Below the pieces are notes generated by a model. It was not told where the DNA came from, did not search any database, and worked only from the letters and a program-made list of their open reading frames with translations. Below, one piece after another: positions 24,766 to 37,700 of a stretch of 64,000 nt of DNA. The stretch spans positions 104,113 to 168,112 of the forward strand of contig NIVC01000663.1 in assembly GCA_002269645.1 (NCBI GenBank), written 5' to 3'. Source of the stretch: Macrostomum lignano. Its lineage: Eukaryota. Both the position numbers and the translations under genes were made by a program. Positions within the stretch are counted from its first letter, which is position 1; the number at the start of each line of letters is the position of its first letter.

Positions 24766-25474
24766 AGCTATGCTAAATTCTTAGCCTTAAATTGTATTAT
24801 TTTCATTATTTTTCGAAAACAATAAGTGTAAGACCCGTGTAGTGTAGCTAGTAATATTAAAACGACCCTTTTAAGGGTAGCATCCTTTTCATGCAATAAA
24901 AGGGTTAAAAAATTGCAAAAGTTACTTCGAACTGGTGAGACTGGCTGAAACTCACAGAGTCTGCCTCCCTGCACCCAGTTCCCAGCTTTCCCATTCCTAT
25001 CCATCCGTCGGACCAATTCAACCCCTTGATCTCAATTCCAATTAGAGCACAGCCAGCTCTAGCAACTCGCTCCCGCTCGCTCTCCCACTCGTTCAATCGC
25101 CCTTGCTTGACCTTTTTTACTAATACGAGCGCTTGCAGAGCCAATTTCAAGCGGCTGCTTGTTGGTCCAAGTTAGCAAACATTGAGCGGCCGAACCGCTT
25201 GCCATTGCTAAAACCCCCATCTGCCAAATAGCCGCAACCCAACTCACTGCACTGGAAACTGACTCTTTTCGCTTTCCCAGCAAGATCGTTAGCAGCAGGA
25301 CTTGTGCGGACTGAACACGATAGCGGCATCGAAAAATTAGTTTGATAAAACTACAAACTGTCAAACCTGCTGAACAGTGAATAGTGGGGGAAAGCTCGTT
25401 ATGAATTCATCATTATTTTAATTGCTCGGTTGCTGGCTCAACTGCCTGCTTCTATGTGTCAAATTCTAACCCTT

Positions 25475-26220
25475 ATCTCTATTCCCCACCTCTATCCTCA
25501 CCTCTATCCCCACCTCTATCCTCACCTCTATCCCCATCTCTATTCCCATCTCTATCTCCATCTCTATCCCCATCTTTATCCCCAGCTATATCCCCATCTC
25601 TATCCCCATCTCTATCCCCATCTCTATCCCCACCTTTATCCCCATCTCTATCCCCATCTCTATCCCCACCTTTATCCCCATCTCTATCCCCATCTTTATC
25701 CCCATCTTTATCCCCATCTCTATCCCCATCTCTATCCCCATCTTTATCCCCATCTCTATCCCCACCTTTATCCCCATCTCTATCCCCATCTCTATCCCCA
25801 TCTCTATCCCCACCTTTATCCCCATCTCTATCCCCATCTTTATCCCCATCTCTATCCCCATCTCTATCCCCATCTCTATCCCCACCTTTATCCCCATCTC
25901 TATCCCCATCTCTATCCCCATCTCTATCCCCATCTCTATCCCCATCTCTATCCCCATCTCTATCCCCACCTTTATCTCCTTACATCTTTATCCCATCTCT
26001 CCCCATATCTATCCTATCTCCATACATCTCTATCCCATCCTCATCTCTATCCCGATCTTTATCCCCATCTTTATCGCGATCTCTATCCCCATCTCTATCC
26101 TCATCTCCATCCCCATTTTCATCACCATCTCTAACACCATTTTTATCCCCATATCTATCGTCATCTCTATCCCCATCTCTATTCTCATCTCTATCCCATC
26201 TCTATCCCCATCTCTATGCC
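25475..26220. repeat. 12-bp minisatellite (CTATCCCCATCT)n
   Basis: About 60 units; produces the spurious HLYP/SLSP/MGIE ORFs. Confidence 0.95.
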
Positions 26221-27334
26221 AGGTCTCTCTCCATCTATTACGAGCGTATGTTTTAATACATAGGAAAATTAAAAAAAGCCCAACCAGCCGATAGGTGAGA
26301 AATGATGGAAGAGTGAAAGTAGGAATAACGACGCGCGTTCGAGCCTCAAAACCCTTCATCTGGCGCATACGAGGACTAGTGCTTGGGTAAAATAGGGCAG
26401 TATATCGTCCAGTTCGCGCCCTAAAAACCCGCCGCGGTTACAAGTAGCTGTACACTACTTATAGAAGCCAGTCATTAGTATACATGCATACGATCTGTAG
26501 GAATAATGCCCTACTGCAGCTTTGGCTGGTCCATCAATCGAACCTCGGAAGAGCCTAATGGCGGGGCTGAACAGTCAGCTGCTGTGACTCGTTTACGGCC
26601 CTGGGCATCCATCCCGCCCCCCCCCCCCTCTTCAGAAAAAAGCAAAAAATGCAGTTTTTGCATTTCAGCGCGCGACGGGAACGCAGACTGCAGCGTCTAC
26701 CCGGGGAGTGAAAGGGGAGTGACAGATACGAGTAGCTGGTAGAAGTAGAATCGGGATTGCCATGCAATTCTAATGCAGTTACAAAGTGTCCACTTGAAGC
26801 TTGTCTTTCTTGCTAGCGCGGATCCCCATGGATGAATCAAGGAGGCCTATGAAAAGTAATCTGGAGTCTGACATTTTCTTTAAAAAAATTATCAAACTCA
26901 GAATCAGTTAAAGAAATTGTGACAAAATCCGGGTGCTAAAATCCCGTTTCTAAAGCTCCCATAAAAAATGGAAAAAAGGGTAAAGTTGTCCTGGGGCATA
27001 GAGTCTATAACAGACAGTACAATAATGCAGGTGTTAAGTCGCCCAGCCACTCACCGCATTGGAGTGGATAATGGAATGTTTTGTTGTTGCTTAAGCCGTT
27101 AATTAGGTGACAATTAGCTTGACGAGGTGGGCAACGCGTGGAGGTGGAAAGAATTGGCACAGCGTGCCTTTAACACCCCCTGGAAGGGTTGCATTCAGGA
27201 CTCACTGCCTCCCGTGTTTTACTTTTATGGCATCCTTGTGTTTACAAACTTTTTTTTATAGCAGGCAGGTGTATTGGCTATACTGCAAGCGTTAAAATAT
27301 TACGACTGTAAATACATTTGCTAATCTAACAATT

Positions 27335-28455
27335 CGTTGTTAATCTAGGCAATAGATTGCTAATCTAGTCCATAGATTGCTAATCTAGTCAATGGATTGC
27401 TAATCTAGCCAATAGATTGCTAATCTAGTCAATAGATTGCTAATCTAGTCCATAGATTGCTAATCTAATCCATAGATTGCTAATCTAGTCCATAGATTGC
27501 TAATCTAGTCCATAGATTGCTAATCTAGTCAATGGATTGCTAATCTAGTCAATGGATTGCTAATCTAGTTAGCGGATTGCTAATCTAGTCAGTGGATTGC
27601 TAATCTAGTCAGTGGATTGCTAATCTAGTTAGCGGATTGCTAATCTAGTCAGTGGATTGCTAATCTAGTCAGTGGATTGCTAATCTAGTCAGTGGATTGC
27701 TAATCTAGTCAGTGGATTGCTAATCTAGTCAATAGATTGCTAATCTCAATGGATTGCTAATCTAGTTAATGACTTGCTAATCTAGTCAATGACTTGCTAA
27801 TCTAGTCAGTGGATTGCTAATCTAGTCAGTGGATTGCTAATCTAGTCAATGAATTTCTAATCTATTCAATGAATTTCTAATCTATTCAATGGATTGCTAA
27901 TCTAGTCAGTGGATTGCTAATCTAGTCAGTGGATTGCTAATCTAGTTAGTGGATTGCTAATCTAGTCAATGTATTGCTAATCTAGTCCATAGATTGCTAA
28001 TCTAGTCAGTGGATTGCTAATCTAGTCAATGGATTGCTAATCTAGTCAATGGATTGCTAATCTAGTCCATAGATAGCTAATCTAGTCAATGGATGCTAAT
28101 CTAGTCAATAGATTGCTAATCTAGTCAATGGATTGCTAATCTAGTCAATGGATTGCTAATCTAGTCCATAGATTGCTAATCTAGTCAATGGATGCTAATC
28201 TAGTCAATGGATTGCTAATCTAGTAAATGGATTGCTAATCTAGTCAATGGATTGCTAATCTAGTCAATGGATTGCTAATCTAGTCAATGGATTGCTAATC
28301 TATTCAATGGATTGCTAATCTCGTTCATAGATTGCTAATCTAGTCAATAGATTGCTAATCTAGTCAATGGATTGCTAATCTCGTCCATAGATTGCTAATC
28401 TAGTCAATAGATTGCTAATCTAGTCAATAGATTGCTAATCTAGTCAATGGATTAG
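27335..28455. repeat. 20-bp minisatellite (GATTGCTAATCTAGTCAATG)n
   Basis: About 55 units; related ~41-bp units follow at 28885-29060. Confidence 0.95.
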
Positions 28456-29659
28456 TCTTTTCAGTCCAGCAATGTTCTATCCAAGTTTAGACTTAAAAAA
28501 CAGGAAAATATTTTGCCCAGTTGCATGATTACCGAAGCCGACAGGTAGGGAGGGGGGGTTGGTGGAGGCTTTTAGTCCGGCTGAGTCACCGGACAGACGA
28601 ACTTGCCCACGTAAGCGCAGGATTCGAAAATTTAGTTGCTAGAAATTTAATGGAAGCGCGGAACCCCAGTACAGACCCAACCCTCCCACTAGCAGCTGGA
28701 TAATGGAGTGCCAAGGCCTAAGCTGGAACACCGCGGTGAGGGTGGGTTCGAAACAAAGGCTGCACGCTGGCAGTTGTGGAATCTGAAGGTAGGAGGACGC
28801 GGGGGTCAAGCCTTACTGAAGCATGTAGCAGCATTGCATTCTGCCGACTGGGGATGAAAGGAATTCGGCGCGCCGATACGGGAATAGAATGGATTGCTAG
28901 TCTAGTCAACACCACGAATGCAATAATCCAAAGCATTGCTAATCTATCCAACATCCTGGATACAATAATCCAATTGATTGCTAATCTATCCAACATCCTG
29001 GATACAATAATCCAATGGATTGCTAATCTATCCGACATCCTGGTTACAATAATCCAATCCTACACAACGCAGCTTTATTAAATCCTCTGAAGGATTCACA
29101 GGTGTCCAGAGTTAATTTTGTACCTGACTGGGTCAAGACACCGACACCCGGGTTCGCTGATCCAGCCAAGCTTCGGTCGGGACAAAGCATCTTGTGGGGG
29201 GGTAGGTATTCACTTTTTGTTCGCTATACAGCCAGCAAGGGTGATGCCGGACCATGCCCAGATCCCCGCGCGCTTCTTGTTGACTAATGAGGCGTCGGTC
29301 AGTCCAAGATGCAGAAGGGGAATCTGGGAAGACAAGGAAGGAAGGTTTAACAGCGGCGGGGCACACTGACCCCCCCCCCCTCCCAGGCAACCAACGGTGC
29401 CCAGTCCAGCCGCTGATATGGCCCGTCTGCCTGATTTTCTTTTCCTATAGCAATTTGTGCTGATGCGGAGTAACTCAACACAATCTCAGTTGAATTCTGA
29501 ACTCGGGTGTCGGCCGTTGTTGGCTTTCGTTTTGTAATACATGTAGCACAAAGCTTCTATGAACAGGTCATCAGTGCGTGTGTTTCTGTTTTGTCTGTGT
29601 GTGTGTATTTGTGTGTTCAGTATGATATCTCAGTAAGTATGTACAGTAAGTATGCGCGC

Positions 29660-30345
29660 ATGATCAGCCCCTCGGAAAGTGTACAGCAACTGTGTGTACA
29701 TGATCAGCCCCTCGGAAAGTGTATAGGAAGTGTGTGTACATGATCAGCCCCTCGGAAAGTGTACAGCAACTGTGTGTACATGATCAGCCCCTCGGAAAGT
29801 GTATAGGAAGTGTGTGTACATGATCAGCCCCTCGGAAAGTGTACAGAGGCTGTGTGTACATGATCAGCACCTCGGAAAGTGTACAGAGGCTGTGTGTACA
29901 TGATCAGCCCCTCGGAAAGTGTATAGGAAGTGTGTGTACATGATCAGCCCTCGGAAAGTGTACAGAGGCTGTGTGTACATGATCAGCCCCTCGGAAAGTG
30001 TACAGCAACTGTGTGTACATGATCAGCCCCTCGGAAAGTGTATAGGAAGTGTGTGTACATGATCAGCCCCTCGGAAAGTGTACAGAGGCTGTGTGTACAT
30101 GATCAGCCCCTCGGAAAGCGTACAGGAAGTGTGTGTACATGATCAGCCCCTCGGAAAGTGTACAGAGGCTGTGTGTACATGATCAGCCCCTCGGAAAGCG
30201 TACAGGAAGTGTGTGTACATGATCAGCCCATCGGAAAGCGTACAGGAAGTGTGTGTACATGATCAGCCCCTCGGAAAGCGTACAGGAAGTGTGTGTACAT
30301 GATCAGCCCATCGGAAAGCGTACAGGAAGTGTGTGTACATGATGA
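29660..30345. repeat. 40-bp minisatellite (CATGATCAGCCCCTCGGAAAGTGTACAGGAAGTGTGTGTA)n with variant units
   Basis: About 17 units with a constant core and four re-used internal variants. Confidence 0.95.
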
Positions 30346-30769
30346 GCCCCTAAGCACACACATAAGAATCCCTGTTTGTCAAAGTGAACTAGTAATGAAG
30401 GCTGCTTTCAGTGCCCCATCAAAGATGCAGAGGCAACACCAAAGTTGCTGGTATTTCCTGACTTTTCCTGTTTGCCTCAACCTTGGCAACAGGAGCAACT
30501 GCGGGCTTTAAATCACACGTGTTTGCAGGCAGTACTAGATAACAAAGGCCAATGCTGTTGTTCCATATATCTTGTAAGGGGCCGGGTAGGTAGCTGCGAA
30601 AGAAGATAGAAAGCAACTGACACCAAGAACGATGTTCTGAATAGAAAAGCGCCGGAAAAGTTATGACAGCCTACAAGAAAACTGCTGCTGCATTCGATGG
30701 ACAAATCACTAAGGTTGTTAGCGGAAAATTACAAAGAATCTTCAAAGCCACTGTGTCTTGAAAATCATC

Positions 30770-31408
30770 CGGGTATTAATCCCCAATTAGAGATCCCCAT
30801 CATTCAGGTATTAATCCCAATTAGAGATCCCATCATTCAGGTATTGATCCCCAATTAGAGATCCCATCATCCAGGTATTAATCCCCAATTAGAGATCCCA
30901 TCATTCATGTATTAATCCCCAATTAGAGATCCCATCATTCATGTATTAATCCCCAATTAGAGATCCCCATCATTCAGGTATTAATCCCCAATTAGAGATC
31001 CCCATCATCCAGGTATTGATCCCCAATTAGAGATCCCATCATCCAGGTATTAATCCCCAATTAGAGATCCCATCATCCAGGTATTAATCCCCAATTAGAG
31101 ATCCCATCATCCAGGTATTAATCCCCAATTAGAGATCCCATCATCCAGGTATTAATCCCCAATTAGAGATCCCATCATTCAGGTATTAATCCCCAATTAG
31201 AGATCCCATCATCCAGGTATTAATCCCCAATTAGATATCCCATCATCCAGGTATTAATCCCCAATTAGATATCCCATCATCCAGGTATTAATCCCCAATT
31301 AGATATCCCATCATCCAGGTATTAATCCCCAATTAGATATCCCATCATCCAGGTATTAATCCCCAATTAGATATCCCATCATCCAGGTATTAATCCCCAA
31401 TTAGAGAT
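30770..31408. repeat. 34-bp minisatellite (GTATTAATCCCCAATTAGAGATCCCATCATCCAG)n
   Basis: About 19 direct units. Confidence 0.95.
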
Positions 31409-32219
31409 CAAGAGAAGCGTTTTAAAGCAGGAATAAAAGATTCTTTGGAAAGTATTTTCCTTTTTTCGAAAAGGTATAGATAATTCCGACGATGTAGCCA
31501 GAGTAGGTCTGCTTTCAGCTGCTTCTGGCACCGTTCGGGACAAGGCCAGTGCTGCGTAGAATGCGTTCACATGAGTAACAAAGGTGGGTTGAAAAGATGA
31601 AAGAAGACAGTTAGAACAAAGGCTGTAGAGAAAAAAATGCGCAAAATTTCTGGATGGGGATCTGCACAGATAACGATGGGAGAAAAGTTAAGGGTTAAAA
31701 AGAGTTCGCTTTCTGTGTCGGTCAATGTAGCCAAATTTGCGCCGGGCTGATCGAGAGAGATTTTTGCGTCGGGGAAATTTCTTGCCGCAGCATCGAGTAT
31801 TAAGTATCGGTTGATGGCCTGCGCTATGAGGGGCCCAAGATGGATGGCTGCGAGAATTGCCCTCCCAGCTAGTAAGTGAGGGGCGCTCTTCAAACACAGG
31901 CCTAACAGAATCGTCCTGACCAAGAACGGTGACGTAACCAACTGCTTTCATATGTGGAGTTGGCTGATGTTGATCTTGGCCTTATCAATTTAATGTATAT
32001 TGAATCGTGTCTGTTGTCTCTCAGCCTCTTTGCAGAGTTGCCAGTTTGCTTCTGCTGAGAGATAACGGGGATAACTGAACTGATGTCTGGCCGGAGTCAG
32101 CAGGGTGGCATTTGGTTAACAAATGCCTTGGAAATTGGAGCTAACACGAGAGGCGAAAGATTGATGCACCTGCTTATAATTATAATGATGAAGTATAGGC
32201 AGGTACGGGAAGAAATGAA

Positions 32220-32935
32220 GTGAGAGGGTGAGGAGAGAGATAGATAGAAGGAGAGAGGAGGAGAGGGGTGAGAAGGTAAGAAGAGAGGTAATTAGGAGGG
32301 GGATAGAGGGGAGAGGGGAGTGAGAAGGTAAGGAGAGAGAGTAGATAGAAGAGATATAGAAGAGAGAGGATTGTAAAAGGTTAGGAGAGAGGTAGATAGA
32401 AGGGTAGAGTGGAGAGAGGAGGGTGAGAAGGAGAGGAAAGAGGTAGATTGCAGAGTAGAGAGGACAGAGGAGGGTTAGAAGGTGAAGAGAGAGGTAGATA
32501 GAAGGGTAGAGAGGACAGAGGAGGGTTAGAAGGAGAGAAGAGAGGTAGATAGAAGGGTAGAGAGGACAGAGGAGGGTGAGAAGGTGAGGAGAGAGGCAGA
32601 TAACAGAGTAGAGAGGAGAGAGGAGGGTGAGAAGGTTAGGAGAGAGGTAGATAGAAGGGTAGAGTGGAGAGAGGAGGGTGAGAAGGAGAGGAGAGAGGTA
32701 GATAGAAGGGTAGAGAGGACAGAGGAGGGTGAGAAGGTGAGGAGAGAGGTAGATAGCAGAGTAGAGAGGACAGAGGAGGGTTAGAAGGTGAGGAGAGAGG
32801 CAGATAACAGAGTAGAGAGGAGAGAGAAGGGTGAGAAGGTGAGGAGAGAGGTAGATAGAAGGGTAGAGAGGAGAGAGGAGGGTGAGAATGTGAGGAGAGA
32901 AGAGCGTGAGAAGGTGAAAAGAGAGGTAGAAGGTG
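32220..32935. repeat. GA-rich ~50-bp degenerate tandem repeat
   Basis: GAGAAGGTGAGGAGAGAGGTAGATAGAAGGGTAGAGAGG-type units. Confidence 0.85.
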
Positions 32936-33524
32936 AACAGCAGACAAAAGAGCCAGAAACGCGGTACGCAAGACGTTCAAGACTCTTGGAAAGTTGCGAT
33001 CAATGTACGAGTACAACCAAGGACCCCAATGCGAACCCCTGCAGGCTCTCAAGTGTAGATCGAGGTCTCAGTTTATATTAAAACCGCTTAGAAAGGAGGC
33101 TGGTCGATTGCATTCCCGACTCTGTTGGACGAAATAAAAGACAATTTATCCCGCTGACATGGAACCAAAAGTGGAAATTTTCCGAGGTTCGGAATTGGGC
33201 TGGGCAATGTTTATGCAGTAACTCTGCACAGTTAGGAAGCTGTGGCGATGAAATCGAGTTTTTTTTAAAGGTGACGCATGACGATTCGATTTAAGCGTCT
33301 CCATCAGGGAGAAAGAGACTGGGGAGGGCCGGCCTTTGGCTGGCAAAAGCTGCACTTTTTCTGCTCCATCTTAGAATGCCTCCCAATTCAGTTTGCGTAA
33401 ATTGTAAATAAACAGCTTGGCAATGCTGGATTGCCGATAAACAGCAATGTGCTTTTACGAGATACTCTATTTAAGTACCTGAATTCAATGGCCGATCCAG
33501 GCAGGTCAAGGGAGTCAGCTGGTA

Positions 33525-34102
33525 TTGGTGAGATAGAACTGGGATGGTATTGGTGAGATAGAACTGGGATGGTATTAGTGAGATAGAACTGAGATGGTAT
33601 TAGTGAGATAGACCTGAGATGGTATTGGTGAGATAGAACTGAGATGGTATTAGTGAGATAGAACTGAGATGGTATTGGTGAGATAGAACTGGGATGGTAT
33701 TAGTGAGATAGAACTGAGATGGTATTGGTGAGATAGAACTGGGATGGTATTAGTGAGATAGAACTGGGATGGTATTAGTGAGATAGAACTGGGATGGTAT
33801 TGGTGAGATAGAACTGGGATGGTATTAGTGAGATAGAACTGGGATGGTATTAGTGAGATAGAACTGAGATGGTATTAGTGAGATAGACCTGAGATGGTAT
33901 TAGTGAGATAGAACTGGGATGGTATTAGTGAGATAGAACTGGGATGGTATTAGTGAGATAGAACTGGGATGGTATTAGTGAGATAGAACTGGGATGGTAT
34001 TAGTGAGATAGAACTGGGATGGTATTAGTGAGATAGAACTGGGATGGTATTAGTGAGATAGAACTGGGATGGTATTAGTGAGATAGACCTGAGATGGTAT
34101 TA
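33525..34102. repeat. 25-bp minisatellite (AGATAGAACTGGGATGGTATTAGTG)n
   Basis: About 23 direct units. Confidence 0.95.
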
Positions 34103-34780
34103 AGAAAGCAGTTTCCAGGAAATAAAACCGACGGACAGGAATTTGGCACCAATTTAAACAGACTTTCTCGCCAAGCGCTACGGTAGCACAGATTGACAGG
34201 CAGGTGTGTGTGGGGTGGGACATGCACATGCCTTAGCAACTAAACTAGCGCAAGCAAGTCCTCGAATTGACCTCGCCACAAGCAATACATTCGAATTTAT
34301 CCATTCATGCGTGCATTTCCGCAGTAAGCTTAGCCCCCCCCATAAGTCAAAGCCAAGCTAGAGAGAGAGAGAGAGGGCACCTCTGCTGGAACCCGTTTGC
34401 CCGTCTAGCTGTGCAAGTGTGTAACAGTAGTAAGTCCGCGGCCAGTGCTTGACAGTCATTGGCCCGCCCCAGTCCATCCTGCCCCCACCTCAAACCCCCT
34501 GACCGCTCCGGGGGCTGAAGGGATCTATCCGCCTAGGAGAAAGTGAAACCCATCGCTGCGCGCGGCTTAGGTCAGGCAAGAAGACGAAGAGGAGAAACTG
34601 AGGGAAGACAGGCGCGCACGCCGACAGAAGAGGTGAAAATAGGCAGCAGTAAGTATTGTTTATAGAAGGATCTCCTTCAGCAGGGCCGAAGCAACAAGCA
34701 TAGAATAAGTTCGCATGCATGAACTTGTCGCGGCTGAGAACCAGCGCTAGATTATCGTGTCCCGGATAAGAATCCGGAGC

Positions 34781-37700
34781 ATGAAGCCAACAGATTTGCT
34801 GTTGCTGCCTCTGCTACTAGTGGCAGCCTGCGCCGCAGCCGCAGCGGACAAGGGGCCGGCGCAACTGGAGCTCTTGGAGCCGGCGGGCGGCGCGGGCGCC
34901 ACCTACGCGCACCGGTACCGACCCGGTAGTTACTTCGGCTACTCGGTGGCCGCCTACGCTGATCAGGGCATTCCGTACGTCATCGTTGGCGCCCCTCTCG
35001 ACTACGTGAGCAGCTGGCGAGATGAGCCGAACGGCGACAGGCGGATCGGCCGGGCCTACCGGTGCGAGCACCGCCGCGTGAGCGGCTGGTCGTGCGAGCG
35101 GACACCGTCAGCTTCGAGGTCGTCTAACCGAGCCGAGTACAAAGGCATGGGCCATGTGGAGCCCGGCTCCCGGGCTGGCCAGTGGATGGGCGCCGCAGTG
35201 GCGGCCACCAGCGTCGGTCGGGACGGCTACTTCAGCGCCTGCGCGCCCAGATTTGTCAGCAAATCTGGCGTAGGCGGCGACGACGCCTGGACGGCCATCG
35301 GCGAGTGCCTTGTGTACCCCGGCCTGAGCCATCCGTATCACGTGATCAGCCCGTGCAACCGCTCCTCCCTGCCGGCGGCCGGGCCTGGCGCCGATCCCGG
35401 CCAGTGCCTGAGCGGCTTCAGCTCCAGCGTGCTGGGCTTCAAAGACGGCCGGGACTCGGTTTTGTACTTCGCCGCCGGACTGCCCGGCTGTCACGACAGC
35501 AACGGCGAGCTGTACGTTGGCCGGTTCGTTAATCGGAACTTCACCGGCGGCTGGACCTACAGGCGTCCGTCGGGCATCGAAGCTCTGCTGGCTGGCCGGA
35601 GCCGCTCGCTCTACCTCGGTCAGGCGGTGCAACTGGCCGAGCTTGTCCAGCAGCGGCCGGGCGACTCCTCCGGAAGACATTCGAGGCGTCAGCGAGCGCC
35701 GCACCTTCTGGCTAGTCGGTCGGTGTGGATTGAAGCCAACTGGAAGGGCGCGGTGACCGTGATGGACGTGTTCATGGCCGGCGAGCTGCACGTGAAAGAC
35801 GCGCTGGGCAGCATCGGCGACGGCTTCGGCTACAGCCTGACCACCGGCGACATCAACGGGGACGGCTACGGCGACATCGCGGTTGGAGCGCCGTACCATT
35901 CCAACAGCAGCGGGTCGCGGGTCAACTCCGGCCGGGTGTACATCTACTACGGCAGCGGCCGGCCAGACGGTGGCTACTCGGTGCGCCCGGAGCCCACAGT
36001 GCTGGAGGCGGCCGAGTGGAAGACCGGACGGTTCGGCCACTCGTTGGCCAACGTCGGCGACGTGGACGAGGACGGTTTGGACGACTTGGCGATCGGCTGT
36101 CCGTACTGCGGCCCGGCCGGCAACGGCGAGGTGCATGTGTTCCTCGGCCGGCGCGGACGTCCAATCAGCCGGAGGCCGCACCAGGTGCTGCGCGCCGAGG
36201 ATCACACGCTGGACGATGGAACAGTGCTGAGTGAGTCACCGGAGGGGCTGTGGGGCTCCTTGATTGGCTGCCATGCTTACTTCGCTTGGTTTCGGGTGTG
36301 AGGCTGTGTACATTGCTGACCCCAATCTGTTGGGGCTGGTGTGAGGCTGTGTACATTGCTGACCCCAATCTGTTGGGGCTGGTGTGAGGCTGTGTACATT
36401 GCTGACCCCAATCTGTTGGGGCTGGTGTGAGGCTGTGTACATTGCTGACCCCAATCTGTTGGGGCTGGTGTGAGGCTGTGTACATTGCTGACCCCAATCT
36501 GTTGGGGCTAGTGTGAGGCTGTGTACATTGCTGACCCCAATCTGTTGGGGCTGGTGTGAGGCTGTGTACATTGCTGACACCAATCTGTTGGGGCTGGTGT
36601 GAGGCTGTGTACATTGCTGACCCCAATCTGTTGGGGCTAGTGTGAGGCTGTGTACATTGCTGACCCCAATCTGTTGGGGCTGGTGTGAGGCTGTGTACAT
36701 TGCTGACCCCAATCTGTTGGGGCTAGTGTGAGGCTGTGTACATTGCTGACCCCAATCTGTTGGGGCTGGTGTGAGGCTGTGTACATTGCTGACACCAATC
36801 TGTTGGGGTTGGTGTGAGGCTGTGTACATTGCTGACCCCAATCTGTTGGGGCTGGTGTGAGGCTGTGTACATTGCTGACCCCAATCTGCTGGCCGCTCTA
36901 ATCTCTAGCTCTTGGAGTATGTACATTAAAATGTACACTTCCAACTTTAGAAAAGGTTTCACGCTCTCCATTCGGTAATTTTGAATGTTAGTTAGAAAAT
37001 GCTTAAATCAAACACAGTTTCCTAGCAAATTTATACTCTGGGGTGAATTTGTTATATACTATCTTCAATTATAAATGCACCGATTGCACTATACACTGTA
37101 AGTCAGCCCAGCGCCAAATCCGGCAGCTGGCGATCCTCGATTATTTCTCGCACTCGTCTCTCCCTCCGTCCATTTCTTGCCCGACACCCCCTTTCGGATG
37201 ATGATGCAGGAATCTGGGCCTTGTTAAGGGGGGGGGGCAGTGCTGACCGGGGACGGGCGCAAAGATGCGAATCTCGAATTCAAGGGCGGGGGGCGATGAT
37301 CCTGTATGGCATGGGGAAGTAACAGTGAGGGCTGAACAAGCCTGCGAATCCTCATTGATTGGCATCAGAGCATTTGGCCACTGTTGGCGCCGTTCCTCCC
37401 TCTCCCCCCTCTCTCCCTCTCCACTCCCACTCTCACTATTTTTCTCTGCCAGATTCGCCGCGTGTCGCAGATGGTTGCCATTTTTGGTCGGCCGAAGAAA
37501 GCCTGCGGACCATTTTTGCGGCAACCTAAAAATTCTCCTTTTTCAAACCCTCCTAGCTATAGTTGTGTTGTGTTCTTTCAACTTTTCTGCGCACGCGGTA
37601 AAAGGCAGGCAGGGTGAAAATTCAAGTACACAATGAACAAGCGGTAGCTATGCACAATTGTCACAAAACTATTCGTTTGATCCTGTTAGAAATTGGTAAA

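Noticed and set aside
24244-25364. Exon-like GC-richer segments at about 24244-24410 and 25113-25330
   Set aside because: Could not be joined in a consistent frame or linked to the neighbouring gene; may be UTR or non-coding.
25430-26256. HLYP/SLSP/MGIE ORFs
   Set aside because: Translation of a 12-bp minisatellite.
29350-29414. Tiny CAGCGGC...GCCGCTG inverted repeat as a MITE
   Set aside because: No target-site duplication and too short to distinguish from chance.
29660-30345. CRISPR-like constant/variable array
   Set aside because: The variable part is only about 8 nt and the same four variants are re-used.
31567-31941. 124-aa ORF with faint resemblance to LINE reverse transcriptase (LGPL...FPDAK...LTLN)
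   Set aside because: The catalytic (Y/F)ADD motif and QG motif are absent; similarity is too weak to call without a profile search.
35108-36205. 365-aa antisense ORF (also 41323-42564 minus and several plus-strand ORFs within 46867-49983)
   Set aside because: Shadow ORFs of GC-rich integrin coding sequence.
36296-36888. CRISPR-like palindromic 43-bp repeats
   Set aside because: Units are contiguous with no unique spacers, there are no cas genes, and the context is a eukaryotic intron.
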